From an uncultured delta proteobacterium (GTDB lineage Bacteria; Desulfobacterota; Binatia; Binatales; Binataceae): a DNA stretch of 64,000 nt. The stretch is taken from NCBI GenBank assembly GCA_963756005.1, contig CAVWMC010000001.1, positions 198,872 to 262,871 on the forward strand. Reading direction: 5' to 3'. Below, piece after piece: positions 13,792 to 23,813 of this stretch. Below the pieces are notes generated by a model that did not search any database, had not been told where the DNA came from, and saw only the letters and a list, made by a program, of their open reading frames with translations. Positions within the stretch are counted from its first letter, which is position 1. Each line of letters opens with the position of its first letter. Position numbers and translations under genes: made by a program.

Positions 13792-15582
13792 TCAATCGAC
13801 GTGTTGCAAATCGGTCAGCATCTCCTGCGGCCCGATGTATCCGACTTTGCGCTGCGCCACTTTGCCGGCCGAGTCGATTAGCATGGTCGTCGGCACGCCC
13901 TGGATTTCGTACTTGCTGGTCAGCTCCGCGGTCTTTTTGTCCTGCGCGGTGAGGTTCGCCTTCATCCGCACGAAGCGCTTCGCCTCGGTGACCACGGACG
14001 GATCGATAAAGGTCGAATGCTCCATTTCGCGGCACGGAATACACCAATCGGCGCTGAAGTCGATCAGCACCGGCTTGCGCGCTTCGGTGGCTGACGCGAG
14101 CGCTTTGGCGTTGAACGGCTCGAAGCGAAGTTTCTCCGGCGCCTGCCGCGGATAGAGCATGAAGGCGAGCGCCGCCACCGCGACCACGCCGATCGCCGAC
14201 CGCATCAACAGGAACGGACGCCAGCTACGACCCTCGCGCGAAATGAAGCCGAGGTAAATTCCAACGCCGGCCGCGTAGTACGGCAGGATTCGCGTCATCA
14301 GGTTGTTCGGCACCACCGGATCGAGAAAGTAGAGCGCGAGTCCGACCAGCACGAAGCCGAACAGATGCTCGACCCACGCCAGCCACTCGCCCGATCGCGG
14401 CAGGCGCCGAATATGCCCTGCCGCCATCGCGAGCCCGATGTATGGCACGCCAAGCCCCAGTGCCAGCGTGAAGAACAGCGCGAAACCAAAAAATGGGCTC
14501 CCGCTTTTCTCGACCATCAGCAGCAGACCGAGCACGATCGGCCCGATGCAAGGCGCCGCGACGACGCCCATGCCGAGGCCCATCAGAAATGCGCCCGCGT
14601 AGCCGGGATGCGCCGCGCCCGCGCGCTGCAGCATCCACTGAGGCGGCTGCAAAACGAACAGGCCGAAGCTCGACGCCGCCAGGGCCAGGAGCACCGTTGC
14701 CAGGGCGACGAGCACGAATGGATTTTGCATCGCGGCGCCGAACAGCCCGCCCGACATCGCGACCGCTACTCCCACCGACGAGAACATCAGCGCGATGCCG
14801 AGCACGAAAACCATCGCGAGGTACATCACGCGGCGATGAGTGCCGCCCTGGTTGCCGAAGTAGGCGATCGTCACGCCGATCAGCGGATAGACGCAGGGCG
14901 TCAGATTCAGCGCGAGGCCGCCGAGAAACACCGCGAGGAAGCCGAGCAGCCATCCGTGATTGAGAAAGATATGCTCGATGGCGCCGCCCGCGTCATCGCC
15001 GCCGCCGACTCCACGGCCCTTCGCGCCGCCCGCGGCAACGCCCTCGATCGCGCCCGCGGCCGCTCCTGGAGCCGCCAACGCGACTGTCGTGCTGACGGAT
15101 GCGGGCCGCAGACATTCGTTGTTGTTACAGCCCTGGTAGTCGATCGTGACCTTGAGTTCATCGCCCGGCTTCGGCGCGAAGTCGGCAGCCGCCTTGAGCG
15201 GCACCTCAAACTTGAGATCGCCGCCGAACACCGCAATCTTGTCGCCACCGGCCGCAGGATCGAGCGTTATCGTTTCCGCCGGCGGATACTTGATTGCGCC
15301 CGGCGTCACGCTGACCGGCCCGCTGACCTCGAGCTTGGTCGGAATGTAATCTTCGCTGAACGGCTTGTCCGAATTGATATGCCAATCCGGAATAACGGCG
15401 GCGGCGACTTTGAGCGTGCTCGAACCGCCGGCCTTCAGCGGAGGATCGATCGTCGCGGAATTGATTATTACAAGGTCATTCGCCTTGACGGCATGCGCCG
15501 CAGGCACCGCAAGCAAAGTTACGGCAAGGAACGCTCCAGCCAGTATTGTGCCGCGCAAAAGCGATCGGAAATTGCCCGTCAT
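13792..15582 (-). CDS. dsbD: Thiol:disulfide interchange protein DsbD
   Basis: Signal peptide, N-domain QGCNNNECLRP, TM cysteines LTPCVYP and AAPCIGP, C-terminal thioredoxin WCIPC. Confidence 0.9.
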   Translation of the reverse strand: MTGNFRSLLRGTILAGAFLAVTLLAVPAAHAVKANDLVIINSATIDPPLKAGGSSTLKVAAAVIPDWHINSDKPFSEDYIPTKLEVSGPVSVTPGAIKYPPAETITLDPAAGGDKIAVFGGDLKFEVPLKAAADFAPKPGDELKVTIDYQGCNNNECLRPASVSTTVALAAPGAAAGAIEGVAAGGAKGRGVGGGDDAGGAIEHIFLNHGWLLGFLAVFLGGLALNLTPCVYPLIGVTIAYFGNQGGTHRRVMYLAMVFVLGIALMFSSVGVAVAMSGGLFGAAMQNPFVLVALATVLLALAASSFGLFVLQPPQWMLQRAGAAHPGYAGAFLMGLGMGVVAAPCIGPIVLGLLLMVEKSGSPFFGFALFFTLALGLGVPYIGLAMAAGHIRRLPRSGEWLAWVEHLFGFVLVGLALYFLDPVVPNNLMTRILPYYAAGVGIYLGFISREGRSWRPFLLMRSAIGVVAVAALAFMLYPRQAPEKLRFEPFNAKALASATEARKPVLIDFSADWCIPCREMEHSTFIDPSVVTEAKRFVRMKANLTAQDKKTAELTSKYEIQGVPTTMLIDSAGKVAQRKVGYIGPQEMLTDLQHVD

Positions 15583-15638
15583 TGCTTTCCTGAGAAAAAA
15601 CTATGCGCATGCGGCCGCGGTTGCTGAACAGTGTACAT

Positions 15639-16811
15639 CTATTTGGCGGCGCCTGCGTGCTTGCCGTTGGTCGAAAGCGGGACCGATCCCACGATTTCCA
15701 GTCCGTAGCCCGGCAGATTCGCCAGCCGCGGCGTCGCGTCCGACATGATGATCATCTTGCGCACGCCAACATCGCGCAGAATCTGTGCGCCGATTCCGTA
15801 ATCGCGGAAATCAGCTTCCGGCTGGTTGGCCCGCGTAGTCGCGCGCTTCGCCGAGCGCCCATTGTCGAAATCCGCCGCCAGCGCATTCGACTCGCGCTTG
15901 AGATACAGCAGCACGCCCTCACCCGCCGCCGAAATTCGTTCCATCGCGGACCGCAGCAGGTTGCGCGTGTTGCGCACCGAGTAGCCGAACACGTCGCCGG
16001 GCAAATACTCGCGATGCGCCCGCACCAGGATCGGCTTTTTCGGATCGACCTTGCCCATCACCAGCACCAGGTGCTCGGTATAATCGACCAGGTTGCGATA
16101 AACGATCGCGCTGAATTCGCCGTACGCCGTCGGCAGCTTCGCTTCCGCGATTCGCTGCACCATCGTCTCGTTGCGCAGCCGATACTCGATAATGTCCGCG
16201 ACCGTGACAATCTTGAGCCCGTGCACTTTTGCGAACTCGACCAGGTCGTCGCGCCGCGCCATCGTGCCGTCATCCTTCAGAATCTCGCAGATGACGCCGG
16301 CCGGCTTCAGTCCCGCCAGGCGCGCCAGATCGACCGCGCCCTCGGTCTGCCCCGTGCGCACCAGTACGCCGCCGTCGCGTGCGCGCAGCGGATAGACGTA
16401 GCCGGGCGTGATGAACTCACTACCGCTGGCGTCCTCGCGCACTGCCTGCAGAATCGTCGTCGATCGATCCTGCGCCGAGATTCCCGAGCCCGACGCCCGC
16501 CGCGCGGTGATCGCCGTCGTGAACGCGGTGCCGAGCGGCGCCTGGTTATCGCCAATCATCATGCTGAGGCCCAGCCGGTCGATCCGCTCCGCCGACATCG
16601 GCAGGCAAATCAGCCCGCGCCCGAACTTGGCCATGAAGTTGACGGCCTCGGGCGTCGCCTTCTCGGCCGCCATGCACAAATCGCCCTCGTTCTCGCGCTG
16701 CTCGTCATCCATCAGGATGATCATATGTCCGCGACGAGTTTCCTCGAGCGCTTCCTCGATCGAAATGAACGGCGCGCGCGCCTTCTTGCGGGGACTTATC
16801 TCACCAAACAT
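15639..16811 (-). CDS. ribB: RibBA/RibBX-like protein (DHBP synthase domain plus degenerate GTP cyclohydrolase II-like domain)
   Basis: RENEGDL, GLICLP and ISAQDR motifs; the C-domain keeps RDYGIGAQIL but has no Zn-binding cysteines. Confidence 0.85.
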   Translation of the reverse strand: MFGEISPRKKARAPFISIEEALEETRRGHMIILMDDEQRENEGDLCMAAEKATPEAVNFMAKFGRGLICLPMSAERIDRLGLSMMIGDNQAPLGTAFTTAITARRASGSGISAQDRSTTILQAVREDASGSEFITPGYVYPLRARDGGVLVRTGQTEGAVDLARLAGLKPAGVICEILKDDGTMARRDDLVEFAKVHGLKIVTVADIIEYRLRNETMVQRIAEAKLPTAYGEFSAIVYRNLVDYTEHLVLVMGKVDPKKPILVRAHREYLPGDVFGYSVRNTRNLLRSAMERISAAGEGVLLYLKRESNALAADFDNGRSAKRATTRANQPEADFRDYGIGAQILRDVGVRKMIIMSDATPRLANLPGYGLEIVGSVPLSTNGKHAGAAK

Positions 16812-16896
16812 TCTGCGGCTCTCGCTAAACTCTTACTCAACTATATACCGTCAGCCAAGCATTCCCGAAGGTCGGCGCGATGCTATCTTGGGCGAG

Positions 16897-17655
16897 GTGG
16901 CGGCGGAAATTAATACGGCGGTCCTGCTGGGGGCTGGGCGCGGCAAACGTCTGGGCGATTTGACGGCAAACACGCCGAAACCGATCCTCGACATCGCAGG
17001 CGCGCCGCTGATTTCGCACATCGTTGACGCGCTGACCGGCGCCGGACTGGCGCGTTTTATCGTGGTGACAGGCTACCTGTCCGCGCAAATCGAAAAATGG
17101 GCGAAAACCTACGAGCGCGAAAATCCGGGCGTCGGAATTATCACCGTCAGGCAGCCGGAACTGAACGGAACCGGCGGCGCGATGCTCGCGGCGAAGACTC
17201 ATCTCGCCGGCCACGCGCGCTTTGTCTTCGGATGGGGCGACATCCTGATGGACCGCGCCAACTATCCGCGCTTCATCCATCACGCGCGGATCGACGAGTA
17301 CGATTTGATGCTCGCAGTGAATCGCGTGAAGGATCCGTTTCGCGGCGCGGCGGTTTACGTGACCCCGCACATGATAGTTGAACGGCTCGATGAAAAACCG
17401 GCGCCCGGAACCGCGCAGACCGAATGGAACAACGCCGGGCTCTTCGCCACCGGCCAGATAATTTTCGACTACCTCGCGCGGCTGACGCCGTCCGTGCGCG
17501 GTGAGCTCGAGCTGCCCGCCGCAATCGCGCAAATGATCGCCGACGGCCGCGTCGTCCGCGCGGTTGATATGCGCGGATTCTGGAGCGACGTCGGCACGCC
17601 CGAAGATCTCGAGGCGGCGCGCGCATGGTTCAAGCCCAAAAGGAAGCGGCGATGA
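16897..17655 (+). CDS. Sugar-phosphate nucleotidyltransferase (NTP_transferase family)
   Basis: VLLGAGRGKRLGDLTANTPKP signature, QPELNGTG, WSDVGTPEDL; GTG start chosen at 16897. Confidence 0.88.
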   Translation: MAAEINTAVLLGAGRGKRLGDLTANTPKPILDIAGAPLISHIVDALTGAGLARFIVVTGYLSAQIEKWAKTYERENPGVGIITVRQPELNGTGGAMLAAKTHLAGHARFVFGWGDILMDRANYPRFIHHARIDEYDLMLAVNRVKDPFRGAAVYVTPHMIVERLDEKPAPGTAQTEWNNAGLFATGQIIFDYLARLTPSVRGELELPAAIAQMIADGRVVRAVDMRGFWSDVGTPEDLEAARAWFKPKRKRR

Positions 17656-19034
17656 ATCTGCCCGACGGATGGGACGCCGAAGAGTTGGCGCGCGCGAAAC
17701 TGCTCGGCGCGAAGATTCCAACCAGCGCGAACGCGCAAATCTTCGCGGCGCGCGCGCCCGGGCGCGTCAATCTGATCGGCGAGCACACCGACTACAGCGG
17801 CCTGCCCGTGCTGCCGGTCGCGATCGATCGATCAACGATTGTTATTGCCGCCGGCAATGACACCGGTGAAGTCGAGTTGGCGAACGCCGACCCGGCGTGG
17901 CCTGCGCGTCGTTTCGAAATCGAACGTCATATAGCGCCTTATGAAACCGGCGATTGGGCGAACTACGTAAAGGCTGCGATTCAGGGCGTGCTTGATCAAT
18001 TCTCTGCGCGCAGCAACTGGCGCGGCGCTTCGATGGTTGTCGGCAGCACAGTGCCTCCCGCCGCGGGGCTTTCGTCATCGAGCGCGCTCACCGTCGCTAC
18101 CGCGATGGCCTTCATGGCGGTAAACCAACTCGAACTGGATCCGCTGGAAACCGCGGCGATGGTTGCGCGCAGCGAACGCTACGTCGGAACGCACGGCGGT
18201 GGGATGGATCAGGCAGTCTCGATTCTCGGCCGCCGCGACCACGCGCTGTTCATCGAGTTCGACCCGCTGCGCGTGCGCGCGATTAAGATGCCGGCGAACG
18301 CGGCGCTGGTCGTCGCAGATAGCAGGCAAATCGCGGACAAGTCGGGAACGGTGCGAGCGGAATACAATCGGCGCGTCGTCGAATGCTCGCTGGCGGCGCG
18401 GATTCTCGGGCATGCGCTCAAGCTCGACGGCGTCAGAATCCTGGGCGACCTCGTTCGCGCACTGCCGCATCGGAACGCGGCGGACCTTGTTGAAACACTC
18501 GCGGCGGCGGCGCCGGCCCGGCTCAACGCGAATCTTAAAGAGGCGGCGAGTATTCTCGGCGTCGCGCAATCGTCGCTCGACGCGGAGCTGCTCGGCCACG
18601 GATCGACTCGAATCGTGCTGGATTCAAGCCGCCCACTGGAAATTCTAAAGCGCGCGCGTCACGTCCTGAGCGAGACCAATCGCGTGATTCGCGCGGCGGA
18701 CGCGCTCGAAGCGGGTCATCTCGACGAGATGGGCGCGCTGATGAACGCGTCGCATCAGAGTCTCGCCGGCGACTTCGAGTGCAGCACGGCGCGCCTCGAC
18801 GCGCTCGTGGAATGTGCGCGGCGCGGCGGCGCGCTCGGCGCACGGCTGACGGGCGCGGGCTTCGGCGGTTCGATCGTCGCGCTATGCGACGTGACCAGGG
18901 CGGAGGCGGTGATCGAATCGATCGATCGCGGCTACTACGCGCAGCAGCATCCGGGCGCGCCGCCGGAACCCTGGCGCGCCGTGTTCCATTCCGGCGCGGG
19001 CGCGAGCGTGCTCGATTTGAGTGCTACCGCTTGA
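17652..19034 (+). CDS. galK: GHMP sugar kinase, galactokinase / N-acetylgalactosamine kinase-like
   Basis: APGRVNLIGEHTDY, PPAAGLSSSSA, ERYVGTHGGGMDQ and GARLTGAGFGG motifs; ATGA overlap with the nucleotidyltransferase. Confidence 0.9.
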   Translation: MNLPDGWDAEELARAKLLGAKIPTSANAQIFAARAPGRVNLIGEHTDYSGLPVLPVAIDRSTIVIAAGNDTGEVELANADPAWPARRFEIERHIAPYETGDWANYVKAAIQGVLDQFSARSNWRGASMVVGSTVPPAAGLSSSSALTVATAMAFMAVNQLELDPLETAAMVARSERYVGTHGGGMDQAVSILGRRDHALFIEFDPLRVRAIKMPANAALVVADSRQIADKSGTVRAEYNRRVVECSLAARILGHALKLDGVRILGDLVRALPHRNAADLVETLAAAAPARLNANLKEAASILGVAQSSLDAELLGHGSTRIVLDSSRPLEILKRARHVLSETNRVIRAADALEAGHLDEMGALMNASHQSLAGDFECSTARLDALVECARRGGALGARLTGAGFGGSIVALCDVTRAEAVIESIDRGYYAQQHPGAPPEPWRAVFHSGAGASVLDLSATA

Positions 19035-20959
19035 TCCGCAGGATGCGAGCGGAGTGCGGCGGCAGCTCGATCGTATCGAAGATTTCGATTTTCTCGTCCA
19101 ACGCGAGGTCGAGCGCAACGATTTCGCCCGCACCCAGATTTAGATCCGACCTTTGCACGCGTGCCGACGAGTCGCCGCGATTCAGAATCATCGCGATCGC
19201 GCCGCCGTCTTGAGTTTCAGTGATCAGTCCGCGAACGTCGCCGTTGGTCATCAGATTCAGCGCCAGCACCGGCTCGCGCGCCGCGTTGGAATCGATCTCC
19301 TCGGCGATTTGCGCGGCTGCACGAAACAGTTTTCCCGCTTCGGCGTCGAGCAGGCTCATGTCGTCGGAAATCAACAGCATCCCGCCGCTGCCGACGATCG
19401 TGGCGGCCAATGCGGCGCGTTCGTCGGCGGTGAGTTTGGTTTTGCGCGCCCGCAGCATCAGGCAGTCGGGATCGTTGAGCCACAGTCGCCGATGCATGAA
19501 GCTGCGCGCGATGATCGCGTCGAGCGCATAAACCGTTGACGGGTCGCCCGCCCCGGAAGCCGTCGATCCCCAGAACGGCGATACGTCGGGCCCGATGCGC
19601 ATCCCGTCCACGACGCCGACCGCCTGCCCCAGCGGGCATCCACAGCCGAGGATGAACGCGTCGTCGCCGGCGCCCTCGCGAATCGCCTCGAGGCCCTGCC
19701 GCAGCGTTTCGCCGCGCGTAAGATTTTGATCGTGACGCTTACCGGGCGCGGCTGCGGCGTAGAGAAAATCGAGTTTCAGATACGAGTAGCCGAAGTCGCG
19801 CGTGAGTTTCGCGAACAGCTGCCGCAGGTGCGCGCGAAACGCCGGGTTGCTCGGGTCGAGCGCGTACGCGAACTTGTCGTCGCTTCCGGTCCAGTTCGGA
19901 TTGTAGCCGGCGCGAACCGGCTCGCCGCTTTCCGCGTGCATGATGAACCAATCCGGATGATGCGCCATCAGGCGCGAGTCGCGCGCGGCGAGAAATGGCG
20001 CAGTCCAGATGCCGGCCTTGAATCCCGCCGCGCGAATTTCGCCGGCAATTTTCTTCAGCCCGCTCGGAAACTTGGAATTGGTGATATCCCAATCGCCGAG
20101 CGCCGCCTGGAAACCGTCGTCGATCTGAACTACGTCGAGCGGAAACTCGGAGCGCATCGCCTCGAGCGACTTGAGATTGGCGCGGATCGCGTCTTCTGTG
20201 ATCGCGTGAAAGTAGTGGTACCAGGAACACCATCCGCGCTGAAACGGCGCGCTCACGCGCGCGTTCATCCAGCGGCCGGCGGCGTCGGCCCATCGCGCGG
20301 CGAGGCGCGCCGCGGATTCATCTGCGGTGGCGATCAACAGTGGATCAAGTTCGCGATGCGCGCCCGGCGCCAGGGTTACGTCGTCAAGGATCGCACGTGC
20401 GGTTATTTTCTCGGGACTCGCAACTGTGAGAGTCGAAAGCGACGCGGTGGCGCCGATGAATCCAGCCAGCACACGCTCCGTGACATTGTTGCTTTCGACG
20501 ATTGTGAAAAGCTCGGAGGTCTGAGCCTCCGGAAAATTCTGGCGGGCGAGTCGTCTCGCTCTGATGATTGACGCGCGTGATGAAATTGGCAGTGTCGCGC
20601 GGATGGGTTTGCGACGCGCTTACATCGTGTCCCCCCGACGCGCTCCACGACTGGTAGCCATGCTTGAAGAATCGCGCCGGTGCCGACGCCGCGAAGCCGG
20701 TCGCGACGTCGAAGATCGCGGAAGTGAGTCGAACCGCGTCGGCGCCGCGATTGGCGACGGTCGCACGCACGATGGTACCGCCGATCGCTTTTTCCAGATG
20801 CGTGGAGAGCGTGACGCCGTCGCGGCCGGCGCTGGGCTCATCCGCGGCCAGAGCAAGCGCGCGCGCATCTCCCGCAGCGTCGAGGAAGCGCAGTTCGATT
20901 CGCGAGACCAGTGCGTTTGCCACGCCGGTGAGGTTTGCAAACACGCGCCATCGCGGCAA
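19024..20959 (-). pseudogene. GH36 alpha-galactosidase-like glycosidase with a +1 frameshift in the A4 run at 20533-20536 (pseudogene or sequencing error)
   Basis: GWCSWYHYF, QIDDGFQ, GIWTAPF, YLKLDF and MRIGPDV motifs resemble Thermotoga GalA; N-terminal KHGYQSWS is in another frame; deleting one base joins PPEF to PEAQTSELFT. Start uncertain. Confidence 0.87.
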
Positions 20960-20991
20960 GGTACTCGATTGATTAAATCGCCTCTGGCAAA

Positions 20992-22347
20992 GTGGGGGAG
21001 TTCGCCAGCTCGGGAGGGCAAATCATCGATACCGTTCCGGAGATAGAAGCCGCCGAGCTTGACGAGGCGGGCGGCGACGTTCCCGCGCAGGATAACTGGA
21101 GCGGCAGGCTCGCCGCGTTCCGCGCGCTGCGGCATCGCAACTTCAGGCTGTTCTTCGTCGGCCAGCTGATTTCGCTGATCGGCACCTGGATGCAGATGGT
21201 CGCGCAATCGTGGCTGGTGCTGAAGCTCACGAACTCGTCGATGATGCTCGGCATCGTCTCCTTTGCCGGCTTCATGCCGATCGTGCTGGTCGCCTTGTTC
21301 GCCGGTGTGGTGGTCGATCACGTCGATCGGCGGCGCCTGATTATCGGCGCGCAAACACTCTTGATGCTCAGCGCGTTCGTGCTCGCGGCACTGACGTGGG
21401 CCGGCGTCGTCAAGGTCGAATACGTGATCGCGCTCGCCGCGCTCAACGGGCTGGTGAGTTCGTTCGACATGCCGGGGCGGCAGGCGTTCGTGGTCGAGAT
21501 GGTGGGACGCGAAGACCTGCCCAACGCGATCTCGATGAACTCGATGATCTTCAACGGCGCGCGCATGATTGGCCCGGCCATTGCCGGTATGTCGCTCGCA
21601 GTGATTGGAATCGCCGGCTGCTTCCTGCTCAACGGCGTCAGCTATCTGGCCGTCATCTGGAGCCTGCTCGAGATGGAGCTGCCCCGGCGCGAGCGGCGCG
21701 AATTCGGCGCCACCATGATGCTCCAGGTGCGGCTCGGACTCGCCTACGTCTGGCGCCATCGCCCGACGCTGTGGCTGCTGGTGCTGGTCGCGATCAACAT
21801 GGGAATCGGGATGCAATATTCCGTGCTGATTCCGATCTTCGCGCGCGACCTGCTGCACGTCGGTGCGCATGGCTACGGCTTCCTGATGGCGGCGCAGGGG
21901 TTGGGCGCGGTGATCAGCGCGATCGTCATGAACATGCGCTCGACCGCACCCAAAACGCTGCGGCAAAACCTGGTGTTCGGAATCTTCTGCATGGCAATTG
22001 CGACGGCGGGCTTCGGCCTATCGACCTGGATGTCCATCTCGCTGCTCGCGCAGATGTTCATCGGCGTCGGCTTGATGAATCACATGGTGACAACCAACAC
22101 TCTGCTGCAGATGTTCGTAACCGACGAACTGCGCGGCCGCGTCATGAGCATCTATACGCTGTCCTTCATCGGCACCGCGCCGATCGGCAGCCTCGCAGTC
22201 GGCTTCATCGGAGAGCATTTTAGTCCGCGCGCGGCCGTGTTGTTCTGCGCGGTATTCTCGCTGATGTGTGGCTTCATCTTGCTGACCAAGCTGAAGTTGA
22301 TCGCCCATGCACAGGCGGAAATTGAGCAAACTACTGTTAGGGGTTAG
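20992..22347 (+). CDS. MFS transporter (DHA3/DUF894-like)
   Basis: FRALRHRNFRLFFVGQLISLIGTWMQ, about 12 hydrophobic segments, DELRGRVMSIY. Confidence 0.9.
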   Translation: MGEFASSGGQIIDTVPEIEAAELDEAGGDVPAQDNWSGRLAAFRALRHRNFRLFFVGQLISLIGTWMQMVAQSWLVLKLTNSSMMLGIVSFAGFMPIVLVALFAGVVVDHVDRRRLIIGAQTLLMLSAFVLAALTWAGVVKVEYVIALAALNGLVSSFDMPGRQAFVVEMVGREDLPNAISMNSMIFNGARMIGPAIAGMSLAVIGIAGCFLLNGVSYLAVIWSLLEMELPRRERREFGATMMLQVRLGLAYVWRHRPTLWLLVLVAINMGIGMQYSVLIPIFARDLLHVGAHGYGFLMAAQGLGAVISAIVMNMRSTAPKTLRQNLVFGIFCMAIATAGFGLSTWMSISLLAQMFIGVGLMNHMVTTNTLLQMFVTDELRGRVMSIYTLSFIGTAPIGSLAVGFIGEHFSPRAAVLFCAVFSLMCGFILLTKLKLIAHAQAEIEQTTVRG

Positions 22348-22348
22348 G

Positions 22349-23773
22349 TTGCCGAAACACTCTCGAAAAAATCGTGATGCAGATAACGCCGCGCGCGCCG
22401 ACTTGATTCGCGCGCTGCCGCCGATCGACGCGTGCATCCGCGCTGCCGAGTCCAATCCCGCACTGGCCGGCTTCAGCCGCACCTATCTGAAAGTCATGGT
22501 GCAGCGCGCGCAGGCGGAAATCCGCGCCGCGATTCTTGCGGGACGCGACACGCTCCCGCGCGATCGCGACGCGCTGGTCGATGCCGTGGTGATCGCGGCC
22601 GCGCGCGCTGTCGCCGCGGATGAGCCGGTGCTTGCGCCAGTCGTCAATGCCACCGGAGTCGTGCTGCATACGAATCTCGGGCGCGCGCTCCTGGCCGAGT
22701 CCGCGATCGAGGCGGTCGAGATGGCGGCGCGCTCGGCCGTCAACCTTGAATACGATCTCGAAACCGGCGCCCGCGGCGACCGCGACTCGCTCGTCGAGGA
22801 CGAGATTTGCGCGCTCACCGGCGCCGAGGCCGCAACCGTCGTCAACAACAACGCCGCCGCGGTCGTGCTCGCGCTCAACTCGCTCGCTGAAGGGCGCGAG
22901 GTAATAGTATCGCGCGGCGAGATGATCGAAATCGGCGGCTCCTTTCGATTGCCCGACGTGATGTCGAAGAGCGGCGCGATTCTGCGCGAAGTCGGCACCA
23001 CCAACCGGACCCATCCGAACGATTATGCCGGCGCGATCGGTCCGGATACCGCGCTGCTGCTGAAAGTGCATCCCTCAAACTACCGCGTGGTCGGCTTCAC
23101 CAGCGAAGTGACGCTCGAAGACCTGGTGGAAATCGGGCGCGCGCGCGGAATCGACGTGATGGAGGATCTCGGCGCCGGCGCCTTGATCGATCTGACTGAG
23201 TTCGGGATTCCGCGCGAGCCCATCGTGCGCGATCGTATCGCCGCCGGCGCCGCTGTCGTCACGTTCTCGGGCGACAAACTGCTCGGCGGGCCGCAGGCGG
23301 GCGTGATTGTCGGTCGGCGCGCGGCGCTCGATCGGATCAAGCGCAATCCGCTGAAGCGGGCGCTGCGCTGCGACAAGCTGACGCTCGCGGCGCTCTCCGC
23401 AACGATGCGCCTCTACCTGCGCTCGAAAGACCTCGGCTCCGAGCTGCCGACTCTGCGATTCCTCGGTCGCAGCGTCAGTGAGATTGCGTCGATCGCCCCG
23501 CGCGCGCGGGAGATCGTGGCGGAGCGCCTCGGCCCCGGTTTCGTCGTCGAGATCGTCGATACGTCTTCGCAGGTCGGCTCCGGCGCGATGCCGGTCGAGG
23601 AGCTGAAGTCGGTCGCGCTGCGCGTGACCCATCCGGACAAATCCGCCAACGCGATCGCCGCGATGTTCCGGCGCACGCGCATTATCGGCCGCATCGCCGA
23701 CGATTCGTTCATTCTTGATTTGCGCACGATCGACGACCCGGCAGTGTTCGCGGTGAAGCTGGAAACTGGCTAG
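22349..23773 (+). CDS. selA: L-seryl-tRNA(Sec) selenium transferase
   Basis: NATGVVLHTNLGRA, SRGEMIEIGGSFR, EVGTTNRT, KVHPSNY and FSGDKLLGGPQAG; TTG start at 22349 is tentative. Confidence 0.93.
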   Translation: MPKHSRKNRDADNAARADLIRALPPIDACIRAAESNPALAGFSRTYLKVMVQRAQAEIRAAILAGRDTLPRDRDALVDAVVIAAARAVAADEPVLAPVVNATGVVLHTNLGRALLAESAIEAVEMAARSAVNLEYDLETGARGDRDSLVEDEICALTGAEAATVVNNNAAAVVLALNSLAEGREVIVSRGEMIEIGGSFRLPDVMSKSGAILREVGTTNRTHPNDYAGAIGPDTALLLKVHPSNYRVVGFTSEVTLEDLVEIGRARGIDVMEDLGAGALIDLTEFGIPREPIVRDRIAAGAAVVTFSGDKLLGGPQAGVIVGRRAALDRIKRNPLKRALRCDKLTLAALSATMRLYLRSKDLGSELPTLRFLGRSVSEIASIAPRAREIVAERLGPGFVVEIVDTSSQVGSGAMPVEELKSVALRVTHPDKSANAIAAMFRRTRIIGRIADDSFILDLRTIDDPAVFAVKLETG

Positions 23774-23813
23774 ACAGTATTGTTAAACCTCGCGCGCAGG
23801 AGCGTTGCCCCAA

